Assembly: GCA_934096805.1 (NCBI GenBank)
Contig: CAKOMW010000002.1
Coordinates: 11,736-75,735 of the forward strand
Direction: 5' to 3'
From: an uncultured Bacilli bacterium
Lineage (GTDB): Bacteria > Bacillota_I > Bacilli_A > RF39 > UBA660
Length of the DNA stretch: 64,000 nt
The notes below the pieces were generated by a model. It did no database searches, was not told the origin of the DNA, and was given only the letters and a program-made list of their open reading frames with translations. The translations under genes and the position numbers were made by a program. Each line of letters starts with the position of its first letter. Position 1 is the first letter of the stretch. Positions 10,402-21,532 of the stretch are shown piece by piece.

Positions 10402-11419
10402 TACCTTTCTTCTTTTTAATATAAGAATAAATAAGATAATAAACATAAGAACAGCTAAACGAAAGTACAATAACCAAAGAACTAATAAAGAAGCATCTCC
10501 ATCCCTTAATCCCAATAAGAGGATAAAGAATACTATCAAAAATAAAAGAAAATAAATACATATAAAACGAAACCAAAGAAATTCTCTTAACAGCCCCAAC
10601 AACAACCTTATTCTTACAAGAACAACCAAGAAGCAAACCAAACACCAAAATAGAAATAACAAAAGTAAATAAATCATTATAATAAATAGTAATTGTACTC
10701 TTAAAACTAGAACCGTAACAATAAAAAAATAAAATAAAACTTTGAAGTAAAATAAGACCAAATATTAACAAAACATTAATCCATCTCTTAATATTAAAAC
10801 CATACTCCCTAATATAACAACCAACATAATAATAGCAAATAGGCCACAAAGCAAGCATCCTATCAGGAAGTATATCAAGCTTATAAGAAGAAAACTCAAA
10901 CATAGCTAAAGTATTAGGCAAAAAACTAATAAAAACTAAGCTACCTATAAGAATAAGCTTTTCCTTTTTTTTAAGTCCTTTATATAAAATATTCAAAAAA
11001 GGAATAAGTAAAAACAAACCAATATACATTTCCACATACCAAGCATAACCAATCGTATTAAAATTAAAAATATCAATTATAAGCTTTATTATATCAGTTT
11101 CACCAAGATAAAAATACCTAAAAAATAAAGTAATAATAGATATAATAAAATAAGAAATCAAAATTGGCAAAATCTTCAAATAATGGTCTTTATTAACCCT
11201 CTTATTAATCTTCAAATAACCAGTAAGAAGAACAAATAAAGGCACACAAATAAAAAGCAACTGTCTTAAGAAAATGGACAAAAACATATACAAATTATCA
11301 ACACTTCTATCATAAAATCCATTATATAAAAATGTATGAACCCATATCACAAAACAAATAGCCACAGCCCTTATTAAATCCAAATTAAAAAAACGATTAT
11401 TATTACTACAATTTTCCAT
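10388..11419 (-). CDS. Acyltransferase-3 family integral membrane protein (OatA-like O-acyltransferase)
   Basis: N-terminal RFFNLDLIRAVAICFVIWVHT motif typical of the Acyl_transf_3 family. Multi-TM, 343 aa. It is the only long minus-strand ORF in the window. Confidence 0.7.
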   Translation of the reverse strand: MENCSNNNRFFNLDLIRAVAICFVIWVHTFLYNGFYDRSVDNLYMFLSIFLRQLLFICVPLFVLLTGYLKINKRVNKDHYLKILPILISYFIISIITLFFRYFYLGETDIIKLIIDIFNFNTIGYAWYVEMYIGLFLLIPFLNILYKGLKKKEKLILIGSLVFISFLPNTLAMFEFSSYKLDILPDRMLALWPICYYYVGCYIREYGFNIKRWINVLLIFGLILLQSFILFFYCYGSSFKSTITIYYNDLFTFVISILVFGLLLGCSCKNKVVVGAVKRISLVSFYMYLFSFIFDSILYPLIGIKGWRCFFISSLVIVLSFSCSYVYYLIYSYIKKKKGIKSS

Positions 11420-11505
11420 ATATTACTCCTATAAAAAAAGTATATCACAAACCAAAAAATAAAACAAACATTGCAAATAATAAATATATTTAATATAATA
11501 TAAAT

Positions 11506-12249
11506 ATGGAAAAAGACATGAAAATATATAGACAATTATTAAATCAAAAAACATTCAAAATGGTAGACAAAAACTTCCCATCATATGAACCGTACAAAAA
11601 AGAAAAACAAAAACACTTAAAAAATCAAATAGACCTAACAAACTTTACTAAAGAAATAAACGAAAACAATAAAAAAGATATACTATTAGAAAGCTTAGAC
11701 AACATAAAAGAAGACTACATCTACCAAAGTAACATTCACGGTATTAATCACAATGAAAGAGTAAGCCTTTATGGATTCTACATAGGAGTAAAAAATAATC
11801 TCGAAGACCAAAACTTAAAGTTGCTTCTTGAAGCCTGTAAATACCATGATATAGGAAGAATAAACGATATTGAAGACAAAGCCCACGGTTATCGAAGTTC
11901 AAAAATGATTGAAACATTTGAGACCCTAACAAAAGAAGAACTAAAAGTCCTAAAATGTATGATAACCTATCATAGCATCGATGACTACCTATTAAGCAAC
12001 TTAGCAAACCATTGCGAAATAAAAGATAAAGATAACCTACAACTGCTATGTAACATCTTAAAAGATTCAGACGCTTTAGATAGAACTCGTGGTGGAACAA
12101 TATGGGGCTTAAACACCAACTTTCTAAGAACTGAACAAGCAAAGGAAATGGTATATTTAGCATATGAATTATTATATAACTATGAACAAATAAAGAAAGA
12201 ACAAAAAAACAAAGAAAGGAAAAAAGAATATGAAAGGAACTTATATTGA
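11506..12249 (+). CDS. HD-domain phosphohydrolase
   Basis: KYHDIGR ... H..D motif pattern, 247 aa. Confidence 0.55.
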   Translation: MEKDMKIYRQLLNQKTFKMVDKNFPSYEPYKKEKQKHLKNQIDLTNFTKEINENNKKDILLESLDNIKEDYIYQSNIHGINHNERVSLYGFYIGVKNNLEDQNLKLLLEACKYHDIGRINDIEDKAHGYRSSKMIETFETLTKEELKVLKCMITYHSIDDYLLSNLANHCEIKDKDNLQLLCNILKDSDALDRTRGGTIWGLNTNFLRTEQAKEMVYLAYELLYNYEQIKKEQKNKERKKEYERNLY

Positions 12250-13417
12250 AATCAATCTAGACAATTTAAAACACAACGTTAAAACTATAAAAGAAAAATA
12301 CAACAACTATGACTATTATATTGCCGTCGTAAAAGGAGATGCCTATGGTCACGGTCAGTACATAGCAAATGCCCTAGAAAAATCTGGAATAAACTATCTA
12401 GCAGTAAGTAGTCTAAAAGAAGCAAACGACATAAGAAAATACAACAAAAATATTCCAATCTTATTACTACAACCAGTACCAATCGAAGACTTAAACCAAG
12501 TGACTAAAAATAACTTAACCCTAGTAATACATGAGCTAGAATATGCCAAAAAAATAACAGAAAATTTAAAAGACAACCTAAAAATTCATTTAAAAATAGA
12601 TTCAGGAATGGGGAGACTAGGTTTTACAGACAAAAAAGACTTAAAAAAATGCTATGACCTCTTATCAAAAAACAAGCTAGTAGAAATCGAAGGAATATAT
12701 TCCCACTTTGCCACAATTGGCTTATTTGATAAAAGATGGGACATCCAATTAGAAAGATTCAAAGACATAACAAGCGAAATAAACCTAAAAGACATTCCTA
12801 TTAGACATATGGCTAGCAGTGCAACCTTAATAAACCATCCTAAAATAGAATTTTGCAATGCCGTAAGAAGCGCAACCCTTATATATGGATATAACATATC
12901 AATTAACCAAAGCAACAAAGGAATAAAAAACAAACTAAAAACTTTAAGAAACAAACTATGTCAAAAAAAATATAATATAAGTAAATGCTACACAAATATT
13001 GACATAAACGTTAAAAAATGCATGAAATTTTACACCAATATTTTAGCCATAAAAGAAATAAAAAAAGGAGATAAAATTGGCTACGGAGCAAAAATTAAAG
13101 TTTCAGAAAATACCAAAATAGCAATTCTACCATTAGGATACAATAACGGCATAGGAACCAAAAATATAAACAGATATGTTGTCATAAAAGGAAAAAGATA
13201 TAACGTTTTAGAAACAAGCATGAATATGACAATAATAAAAATAGATGACCAAGTAACAAAAAAAGACCAAGTGATCCTGATGGACAACGAAAACATTACC
13301 ATCGGGCAATTAGGACGTTTCGCAGACAAACACATGCATGAAATAATGCTAGATATTGGTAAAAACAATAAAAGAGTATACATAGAAGATAAAAAAATAA
13401 TTCATATTGAAGATTAA
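12230..13417 (+). CDS. alr: Alanine racemase
   Basis: PLP-lysine motif AVVKGDAYGHG, N-terminal IEINLDNLKHNV, 395 aa. Confidence 0.85.
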   Translation: MKGTYIEINLDNLKHNVKTIKEKYNNYDYYIAVVKGDAYGHGQYIANALEKSGINYLAVSSLKEANDIRKYNKNIPILLLQPVPIEDLNQVTKNNLTLVIHELEYAKKITENLKDNLKIHLKIDSGMGRLGFTDKKDLKKCYDLLSKNKLVEIEGIYSHFATIGLFDKRWDIQLERFKDITSEINLKDIPIRHMASSATLINHPKIEFCNAVRSATLIYGYNISINQSNKGIKNKLKTLRNKLCQKKYNISKCYTNIDINVKKCMKFYTNILAIKEIKKGDKIGYGAKIKVSENTKIAILPLGYNNGIGTKNINRYVVIKGKRYNVLETSMNMTIIKIDDQVTKKDQVILMDNENITIGQLGRFADKHMHEIMLDIGKNNKRVYIEDKKIIHIED

Positions 13418-13507
13418 AGTGCAACAGCACTTTTTTAACATCAAAAAATTCTAATTTTATTGAATAAAAAAACAAACTATGATAAACTATCTATAGTAGG
13501 TGGTCTT

Positions 13508-15220
13508 ATGAATAAGAATACAATTTATATTATTAGCATTATTGCTCTAGTCCTTGCTATAATAATATTTTTTATTATCCTAAGACTTAGTAGTTTAAAA
13601 AAACTAAGAACCAAAGCAAGGGAACTAGAAAAACAAAGAAACCTAATTGTATCAACTCCTATTATGTCAGAACTATCAAAAATAGAAGTAATCCTAAAAA
13701 ATGAAAAATTAGAAGAAAAATTAGAACAATGGAAAAAAAGATACGAAATAATAAAAGGTGAAAAATATGATGCAATTACAGATAAACTATTAGAATTAGA
13801 TGGTTTAATTGAAGACAAAGACATAAAAGAATCAAAAGAAAAAGCTGTAGAATTAGAAATGGAAATATATAAACTTCGCGTCATAACAGATAATTTACTA
13901 GACGAAATTCGCGAAGTAACAATGAGTGAAGAAAGAAACAGGGCAATCGTAACCAAACTAAAATCAAGATATCGAGATCTAGAAAGAACATTTAATAACA
14001 ATTCCAATGCTTATCAAGAAATATATCAAAATATTGAACTACAATTTGAAAACATTGAAAAAAAATTTCAAGACTTTGAAGAAGTAATGGAAAATAATGA
14101 ATACGATGAAGTAGTAAAAGTAGTAAAAGTCCTAGATGAAATGATTGCCCACATCGGAGTAGTTGTTGAAGAAACTCCAGACTTAATCCTACTTATTAAC
14201 AAGATAATACCAACTAGAATAAAAGAAATAAGAGAAATATATAACAAAATGCTATCAAAAGGCTATCCCCTTGATTATTTAAAAGTAGAATACAACACCA
14301 GTGAAATAGAAAACAAAACTAAAGAAGCATACGATAGAATAAAAATACTCAATCTAGAAGATAGTATGTTTGAATTAAAAACATTCCTAAGTTATCTCGA
14401 CAACCTAATGACCGACTTTGACAACGAAAAAAGAAGTCGCAAAATATTCGACGAAACAGCTAAAACATTCAAATATAAAATAGAAAAAGTAAACAAAATA
14501 GTTGCAGACATCTATGCTCAACTAGACGATATAAAAAGTATGTATAACCTGAACCAAGATGACCTAAATGACTTAGAAACAGTAAATAAAAATCTTTTCG
14601 ATGCCAACAATGAATTTAACACCATGATAAAAGACTTAAAAAGTAAAAAAGAACCATACTCAAAGTTAAAAGACAAAATACTAAATCTATCAATAAATTT
14701 CGAACACATCGAAGATGACTTAAACGAATGCCTAAAATCACTTGGTAGCATGCACGACGATGAAATAAGAGCAAGAGAACAATTAGAAGAAATAACAGAA
14801 CTCCTAAAAAAATGTCGTAGTAAAATAAGAAACTATAAATTACCGATCATTTCAAACAATTATTTCGTTGAATTAAGCGAAGCAAATGACTCTATCTATG
14901 AAATAGTAAAAGAACTAGAAAAAACTCCAATAACAATAAAAACACTCAATATAAGAGTAGACACAGCAAGAGACTTATCGCTAAAATTATGCAACACAAC
15001 CAATGAAATGATAAAAACAGCAAAATTAGCTGAAATGACAATAGTATATGGAAACAGATACAAACCAATGGATGATGACATTGAAAAAGGACTAGACGTT
15101 GCAAGTCAACTATTCTTCAAAGGAAATTATAAAAAATCATTAGAAACAGCAATTGCAGCTATAAACATTGTCGAACCGGATATCTATAAAAAAATGTTAA
15201 ATGTCTATAAAGACGAGTAA
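13508..15220 (+). CDS. ezrA: Septation ring formation regulator EzrA
   Basis: Single N-terminal TM (IYIISIIALVLAIIIFFIIL) followed by about 540 aa of coiled-coil, which is the EzrA architecture. SD AGGTGG before the ATG at 13508. Confidence 0.7.
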   Translation: MNKNTIYIISIIALVLAIIIFFIILRLSSLKKLRTKARELEKQRNLIVSTPIMSELSKIEVILKNEKLEEKLEQWKKRYEIIKGEKYDAITDKLLELDGLIEDKDIKESKEKAVELEMEIYKLRVITDNLLDEIREVTMSEERNRAIVTKLKSRYRDLERTFNNNSNAYQEIYQNIELQFENIEKKFQDFEEVMENNEYDEVVKVVKVLDEMIAHIGVVVEETPDLILLINKIIPTRIKEIREIYNKMLSKGYPLDYLKVEYNTSEIENKTKEAYDRIKILNLEDSMFELKTFLSYLDNLMTDFDNEKRSRKIFDETAKTFKYKIEKVNKIVADIYAQLDDIKSMYNLNQDDLNDLETVNKNLFDANNEFNTMIKDLKSKKEPYSKLKDKILNLSINFEHIEDDLNECLKSLGSMHDDEIRAREQLEEITELLKKCRSKIRNYKLPIISNNYFVELSEANDSIYEIVKELEKTPITIKTLNIRVDTARDLSLKLCNTTNEMIKTAKLAEMTIVYGNRYKPMDDDIEKGLDVASQLFFKGNYKKSLETAIAAINIVEPDIYKKMLNVYKDE

Positions 15221-15475
15221 TAAAATAAGAAAACCTTAAATGATATAAACCATATTTTGGAAATACCATAAAAAAAGGTTTTTTTATATATAATTATGTT
15301 AAATTTACTATAATAACAAAAAAGTACATCATCAAAAAAACAAACAAATGTATCGAAAATCTTGACACATTATTCTTTACTATGATATAGTAAAAACATA
15401 AAAGAAAAATTAAACAAAAAACCTATTTTACTTTTGTTGTAATTACTTTTGTAGTATACTTAAAGAGGTGATAAA

Positions 15476-17551
15476 ATGACAGAAAATTTAAATGACATGC
15501 AAATCGAAGCAGTAAAACATAAAGATGGACCTCTTCTTATACTGGCGGGAGCTGGTTCCGGAAAAACAAAAGTATTAACCACTAGAATTGCTTATTTAAT
15601 AAAAGAATACAACGTAAAGCCAAGTGAAATTCTTGCTATTACATTTACTAATAAAGCAGCAGGAGAAATGAAAGAAAGAATAACTAATTTGATTGGAAAA
15701 ACAAATCTTTTAGCATGCACTTTCCATTCATTTGGAGTAAGAATTCTCCGTGAAAATTACAGCTATTTAGGTTATCAAAAAAACTTTAATATTTTAGACA
15801 GTGATGATTCTCTAACATTAATAAAAAAAATATTGAAAGATTATAACATTGACCCCAAAAGAATAAGTCCATACATGATAAGAAATAAAATATCAAATAA
15901 TAAAAGCGAGTTTGTTTTACCAGAAGAATATAAAAAATTCGTCTGTTCAGAAGAAGACGACATTATCTACAAAGTCTATAAAAAATATCAAGAAACATTA
16001 TTTAAAAATAATTCTGTAGACTTTGATGACCTATTAATTCTCCCAATAAAGTTATTTAATGAAAACAAACACGTCCTTGAAGAATATCAAGAAAGATACA
16101 AATACATCTTAATAGATGAGTATCAAGACACCAACCGTGCTCAATACATTTTATCAAAAATGATAAGTGCTAAATATCATAATATATGTGCTATCGGTGA
16201 TAATGATCAATCAATTTATTCCTTTAGAAATGCCGATTACAGAAACATTTTAAACTTTGAAAAAGATTATCCCAATTGTAAAACAATAATGTTAGAACAA
16301 AATTATCGTTCAACCAAAAACATCTTAAATGCAGCAAACTCAATAATAAAAAATAACAATCAAAGAAAAGATAAAAATCTATGGAGCGACAATAATGATG
16401 GCGATAAAATAACCATCTATAAGGCCCATGATGAATTAGATGAAGTCTTTTACTGCATAAGAAAAATAAAAGAACTGTTAAAAAAAGAAGTAAGCTACAA
16501 AGATATAGTAATTCTCTATAGGACAAATGCTCAATCTCGTATCTTCGAAACAGAACTTTTAAAAGCCAATCTGCCATTTAAAGTCGTAGGAAGTTTCTTC
16601 TTCTATCAAAGAAAAGAAATAAAAGATTTATTAGCATACTTAAAACTAATCAATAATCACAATGACGACATTAGTCTTCGAAGAGTAATCAACACTCCTA
16701 AAAGAGGAATAGGACTTAAAAGCCTTGCAAACCTAGAAGAAAAAGCTACAAACAATGATATAAGTCTGTTCGATGCTATAGAACAAGGAAAAGAATTAGA
16801 ATTTAAAAAACTAATTATTGAATTAACAAACGAAAAAGAAAATCTTTCATTAACAGACTTCGTTGAATTAGTATTAGAAAAAAGTGGGTTAAGAAAAGCC
16901 TTAAAAGAAGAGCACTCTTTAGAATCAGACATAAGAATAGAAAACTTAGAAGAATTTAAATCAGTTACAAAAACATTTGAAGAACAAAGTGGAGTAATAT
17001 CATTGGAAGACTTCCTACTTGAAGTAAGCCTCGTAAGCGACATCGAAGAATATAAAAACGATCCTAACAGAATAACTCTAATGACAGTCCATTCTGTAAA
17101 AGGTCTAGAATACCCATACGTCTTTCTCGTTGGAATGGAAGAAGGTCTATTTCCACATAAAAACTCTTTAACAAAAGAAGAACAAGAAGAAGAAAGAAGA
17201 CTTATGTATGTAGCGGTAACAAGAGCCAAGAAAAAGTTATACATAACTTGGGCCAAAAACAGAAGAATCTATGGAATAGATCAAATATGTATAAAAAGTA
17301 GATTTATAAACGAAATAGACAACGATCTATTAGAACTAGATAACAAAGATGAAATAAAACCAATCAAAAAAGAAAAAAAATTATACGATAACGACCAAGA
17401 ATTCACATATGGAGACAAAATAGAACATGAAACCTACGGAAGTGGCGTAGTAATCGAAGTATCAAAAACAATAATAACCGTAGCCTTTAAAAACGGAATC
17501 GGTATAAAAAAACTATTAAAAAATCATAAAAGTATTAGGAAGGTGAATTAA
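15476..17551 (+). CDS. pcrA: ATP-dependent DNA helicase PcrA (UvrD family)
   Basis: AGAGSGKTKVLT Walker A, TFTNKAAGEM, DEYQDTN, VTRAK motifs. 691 aa. Confidence 0.9.
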   Translation: MTENLNDMQIEAVKHKDGPLLILAGAGSGKTKVLTTRIAYLIKEYNVKPSEILAITFTNKAAGEMKERITNLIGKTNLLACTFHSFGVRILRENYSYLGYQKNFNILDSDDSLTLIKKILKDYNIDPKRISPYMIRNKISNNKSEFVLPEEYKKFVCSEEDDIIYKVYKKYQETLFKNNSVDFDDLLILPIKLFNENKHVLEEYQERYKYILIDEYQDTNRAQYILSKMISAKYHNICAIGDNDQSIYSFRNADYRNILNFEKDYPNCKTIMLEQNYRSTKNILNAANSIIKNNNQRKDKNLWSDNNDGDKITIYKAHDELDEVFYCIRKIKELLKKEVSYKDIVILYRTNAQSRIFETELLKANLPFKVVGSFFFYQRKEIKDLLAYLKLINNHNDDISLRRVINTPKRGIGLKSLANLEEKATNNDISLFDAIEQGKELEFKKLIIELTNEKENLSLTDFVELVLEKSGLRKALKEEHSLESDIRIENLEEFKSVTKTFEEQSGVISLEDFLLEVSLVSDIEEYKNDPNRITLMTVHSVKGLEYPYVFLVGMEEGLFPHKNSLTKEEQEEERRLMYVAVTRAKKKLYITWAKNRRIYGIDQICIKSRFINEIDNDLLELDNKDEIKPIKKEKKLYDNDQEFTYGDKIEHETYGSGVVIEVSKTIITVAFKNGIGIKKLLKNHKSIRKVN

Positions 17552-17552
17552 A

Positions 17553-18452
17553 ATGAATAAAACACTAGTAATCATGGCCGCAGGAATGGGCTCAAGATAT
17601 GGAGGACTAAAACAAATCGAATCCTTCGGACCAAACAATGAATTAATAATAGACTACTCAATTTATGATGCCAAAAGAACAGGCTTCAATAAAGTAGTAT
17701 TCATAATAAAAGAAGAAAACTACGAACTTTTCAAACAAAAAATCGGAGACAGAATATCAAATCACATAAAAGTAGAATATGCATTTCAAAAATTAACAGA
17801 CATTCCAGAAGGATATAAAATCCCAGAAGAAAGAATTAAACCACTTGGAACAGCCCATGCAATATATTCAGCAAGAAACTATATAAATGAAGACTTTGCA
17901 GTAATAAATGCCGATGATTTCTATGGCTATGAAGCATTCAAACTATTAAGTGAACAACTAGAAAAAGCAAACGAAAACGAATACATAATGATTCCCTACA
18001 AAGTAAAAAATACAATTACCCCAAACGGAAGTGTAAAACGAGGAGTTTGCTTAGTAGAACAAAACGAACTAAAAGGAATTGAAGAATCAGTAATTGAAAT
18101 AAAAGATAAAAAAATAATGAAAACTCCAATCGGAACAGACAAAACAACCGAAATAAGTGAAGACACCTTAGTATCAATGAACCTTTTCGGATTTAAGAAA
18201 AATATCTTAACCTACATTGAACAAGACTTCAAAAACTTTTTAGAAGAAAATAAAAACAATCTCCTAGAAAAAGAATTCTTTTTACCAGACGTAGTATTCA
18301 ATTGTATAAAAAGAGGACAAATTAAAGTGAAAGTTTTCCCAACCAATGAAAAGACATATGGCGTAACTTATAAAGAAGATAAACACCAAGTAGAAGAAGC
18401 CATAAAAGAAAAAATAAAAGAAAACATCTATCCTAACAATCTATGGTCATAA
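17553..18452 (+). CDS. Sugar-phosphate nucleotidyltransferase family protein (GlmU N-terminal-like fold)
   Basis: LVIMAAGMGSRYGG...PLGTAHAI...INADDFY NTP-transferase motifs. Confidence 0.55.
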   Translation: MNKTLVIMAAGMGSRYGGLKQIESFGPNNELIIDYSIYDAKRTGFNKVVFIIKEENYELFKQKIGDRISNHIKVEYAFQKLTDIPEGYKIPEERIKPLGTAHAIYSARNYINEDFAVINADDFYGYEAFKLLSEQLEKANENEYIMIPYKVKNTITPNGSVKRGVCLVEQNELKGIEESVIEIKDKKIMKTPIGTDKTTEISEDTLVSMNLFGFKKNILTYIEQDFKNFLEENKNNLLEKEFFLPDVVFNCIKRGQIKVKVFPTNEKTYGVTYKEDKHQVEEAIKEKIKENIYPNNLWS

Positions 18453-18591
18453 AAAAAACTAAGAGGCATAAATTAATAAAAATACTAGACAATAATAAAA
18501 AAATATGATAAAATCATATACGTTATCAAGCAATCCGCTGGCTAAATAAAATAATAAAGAACCATGATTGCATAAGAAAAGGAGTGTTAAT

Positions 18592-18936
18592 ATGAATTTA
18601 GTAGACAAAATGGCCGCTAAACAAATCAAAAGTGATATTCCTGAGTTCAGAGTTGGAGATACAGTTCGTGTTGATGTAAAAATCATCGAAGGAAAAAAAG
18701 AACGTATCCAAGCATATGAAGGAGTAGTCACTAGTCGTAAAGGTTCTGGATTAAGTGAAACATTCACAGTAAGAAAAATCTCTTATGGTGTTGGAGTAAA
18801 CAGAATTTTCCCTGTTCATTCTCCAAAATTAGCAAAAATTACTGTCGTAAGACGTGGTAAAGTAAGACGTGCTAAACTAAACTTCTTAAAAGATTATGTT
18901 GGACAATACAGAATCAAAGAAAAAGGAATAAAATAA
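18592..18936 (+). CDS. rplS: 50S ribosomal protein L19
   Basis: [10 protein letters not shown]...[12 protein letters not shown]...[27 protein letters not shown] 8 nt before the ATG at 18592. Confidence 0.9.
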   Translation: MNLVDKMAAKQIKSDIPEFRVGDTVRVDVKIIEGKKERIQAYEGVVTSRKGSGLSETFTVRKISYGVGVNRIFPVHSPKLAKITVVRRGKVRRAKLNFLKDYVGQYRIKEKGIK

Positions 18937-18955
18937 GGCACCTGCCTTATTTTTG
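18934..18955 (+). terminator. Terminator hairpin TAAGGCA-CC-TGCCTTA plus T-run after rplS
   Basis: 7-bp perfect stem followed by TTTTT. Confidence 0.5.
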
Positions 18956-18962
18956 TTATACT

Positions 18963-19487
18963 ATGAAAAAAGAAACAACCAAAAAAGAAAAATACAAAGA
19001 ATTAATAACCTACGCCATAATAATAATCTTAATTATTCTGATAAGAACCTTTATTATAACCCCTGTAAGAGTAAACGGAACAAGCATGGATGACACCTTA
19101 AAAGATAAAGAAATAATGCTTTTAAACAAATTTAGCTATTACTTCAAAGATATAAAAAGATTCGACATAATAGTAATAGACTATGAAAATACAAAACTAA
19201 TAAAAAGAGTAATCGGACTACCTGGAGAAACCCTAGAATACAAAAATAATAAACTATACATAAACGGTAAAGAACAAAAAGAAACCTTCTTAAACCAAGA
19301 AACAGAAGACTTTAATATTGAAGACCTAGGATACACTAAAATTCCAGAAAACTGCTACTTCGCAATTGGTGACAATAGAAAAGACTCACTCGACAGTAGA
19401 GTATTCGGTTGCTTTAAAAAAGACCAAATCAAAGGAAAAGCAAACATTGTCCTATTTCCGTTAAAAAACTTTGGATACAAGCACTAA
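18963..19487 (+). CDS. lepB: Signal peptidase I (S26 family)
   Basis: VNGTSMDDTL (catalytic Ser box), GDNRKDSLDSRVFG (box E), N-terminal TM. Confidence 0.85.
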   Translation: MKKETTKKEKYKELITYAIIIILIILIRTFIITPVRVNGTSMDDTLKDKEIMLLNKFSYYFKDIKRFDIIVIDYENTKLIKRVIGLPGETLEYKNNKLYINGKEQKETFLNQETEDFNIEDLGYTKIPENCYFAIGDNRKDSLDSRVFGCFKKDQIKGKANIVLFPLKNFGYKH

Positions 19488-19502
19488 CTTGTATCTTTTT
19501 TT
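19474..19502 (+). terminator. Terminator GATACAAG-loop-CTTGTATC plus T7
   Basis: Perfect 8-bp stem overlapping the lepB stop. Confidence 0.55.
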
Positions 19503-19569
19503 ATTAAAAAGTTTACATTACAGTAACAATATATTATAATAAAATAAAAGAATAAAAGGAGAAAAAGTT

Positions 19570-21507
19570 ATGAAAAAGAAAAGCAAAGGGCAAACCATTA
19601 TTATAATTATCCTAATCATATTATTAGTAATTCTAGCAATATGTGGTTACTACATTTATAAACAACTTAACAACAATAATAATGAAAACCCAATAAACAA
19701 TTTAAAAGACCAAACAAAAAAAGAACCAACCAAATTAACTAAAGTAGGAGAATACGACCTTATAACTTCAATAGGAAGCAATTATTTCATTATCGAAGAA
19801 AATGAAAAATACGGTGTAATAGACACCAATGGTAAAATAATCGAAGAAATAAAATACGACGACATTTCCTATTTGATTGACGACTATTATTACACAACCC
19901 TAAAAGATCAAGTAACATTAAAGAGGAAAGGAAACACTGTAGGTGACATAAGTAAATACGAAGGAAACAAACTATATAAAGATGAAAACGAAAAAGATGC
20001 CCCTTACATTCTTTTATACTCTGAAAAAAATAAAGATACTAAAAAGTTAGAATACAGTCACTTTGAAAAAGCCAAAGATGACTTAAGACTAACCTATGCT
20101 TCAACCAAAAAAAACTATAAAACAATAGTATACAACTCTAAAACCGGAGAAAAAGTAAAAGAAATAGATAACTATCTAAGAAAAAAAGAAATAAACAATA
20201 CCAAAGAAAAAAGCTATTTTGCTTATGACTACATAAAAGATGAAACAAGAACCATAACATACTACGATAAAGATCTAAACAAAACTATAAAAGACAATAA
20301 CTATATTTCACTAGACAACATATACAATGAAGACTTCAGTCACAACGAACAATTCCTAGACCTTGTAACAACCAAAAAACAACTAGGAAAAAAATACGGC
20401 TATTACAGCATAAAACAACAAAAATTAATTCTCCCAATTGAGTATGGCACCACTAAAAAAACAAAAAGCATTGTCCAAACAAATAAAGATGAAACCCTAT
20501 TCGTAATAAGAGACAATACCTTTAAAAACTATTACGCAACAAAAGGTAAATACACACTAGTAGACAGCACCAACAAACAAGTCCTAAAAGGAAAATATGA
20601 CAATATTGACTTAATTGAAAACTTTATACTAGTAGCCAAAGGAACAAACCTAAAAATATATGATAAAAACCTAAAAGAACTATATAGTTTTAAATTCATT
20701 GAATATGACAAAAAATATTGCTCAGGAAAAAAAGACTACTGTGATTTACTAGGAACATACATCTTTGGCTACCAAAAACTATCATCCAACATTCTAGCAG
20801 TCGAATCCTTAAAAAAAGATAATGACAAAACAATAAACAAAGACACTGAAGAAAACGAATCTACAAGCTACAAATACTTCTACATAAAAGATGATAAAAT
20901 AGACCTAAAAGAAGAAGAAATTCATGTCCTAGTAAGAGAATCACTAGACAAAAGATACATCATAAGAACCACATACGATAACGATTCAAAACTAAAAAAA
21001 GTAACAATCTACGATGAAAACTTAGAAAAAATAAATGCCATCGACACCAACATCCCAGATAATAATAACAACATTTTCTGTCAATGTGAAAACTCATGTG
21101 ATGCAAACATACCAGACGATGATCATTTTAAATCACATGATCACTACGACTATGACATAAGCGAAGACGGAAACTATCTTCTAATAAAATACTGCGTTCC
21201 AACCCAAAATGACACCGAACTAAAAACAATCTACTATGACATCAAAAACAACAAAGAAGTCCAAAAAAACGAAATGTATAATTACAACAAAGAAGGTAAT
21301 TATTACTATCAAGCAACTTACAACGATCAAGGCAACATAACCAAAATGACAATCTATAACAAAAACAACAACGAAATAGCCCTAATCGAAGAAAAAGGCT
21401 ATACTATAAGAGAAACAAACTCATCAAAAAACTATGTCATTATTTCTAAAGTAAAAGAAGAGAATAATGATACAACAACAAAAGACATGTTATATAAATT
21501 TGAATAA
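19570..21507 (+). CDS. Hypothetical membrane-anchored extracellular protein (N/K/Y-rich)
   Basis: Strong SD AAGGAG, N-terminal TM. 645 aa, no recognisable catalytic motifs. Confidence 0.45.
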   Translation: MKKKSKGQTIIIIILIILLVILAICGYYIYKQLNNNNNENPINNLKDQTKKEPTKLTKVGEYDLITSIGSNYFIIEENEKYGVIDTNGKIIEEIKYDDISYLIDDYYYTTLKDQVTLKRKGNTVGDISKYEGNKLYKDENEKDAPYILLYSEKNKDTKKLEYSHFEKAKDDLRLTYASTKKNYKTIVYNSKTGEKVKEIDNYLRKKEINNTKEKSYFAYDYIKDETRTITYYDKDLNKTIKDNNYISLDNIYNEDFSHNEQFLDLVTTKKQLGKKYGYYSIKQQKLILPIEYGTTKKTKSIVQTNKDETLFVIRDNTFKNYYATKGKYTLVDSTNKQVLKGKYDNIDLIENFILVAKGTNLKIYDKNLKELYSFKFIEYDKKYCSGKKDYCDLLGTYIFGYQKLSSNILAVESLKKDNDKTINKDTEENESTSYKYFYIKDDKIDLKEEEIHVLVRESLDKRYIIRTTYDNDSKLKKVTIYDENLEKINAIDTNIPDNNNNIFCQCENSCDANIPDDDHFKSHDHYDYDISEDGNYLLIKYCVPTQNDTELKTIYYDIKNNKEVQKNEMYNYNKEGNYYYQATYNDQGNITKMTIYNKNNNEIALIEEKGYTIRETNSSKNYVIISKVKEENNDTTTKDMLYKFE

Positions 21508-21532
21508 ATACAAGCTAAAACTTGTATTTTTC
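21506..21532. terminator. Bidirectional terminator AATACAAG-CTAAAA-CTTGTATT between convergent genes
   Basis: Perfect 8-bp stem with T-runs on both strands. Confidence 0.5.

Noticed and set aside
10357-10761. ORFs 10357-10761 (-) and 10361-10555 (+) overlapping the acyltransferase gene
   Set aside because: Alternative frames of a well-supported membrane acyltransferase CDS. Low-complexity and hydrophobic composition, no independent start signals.
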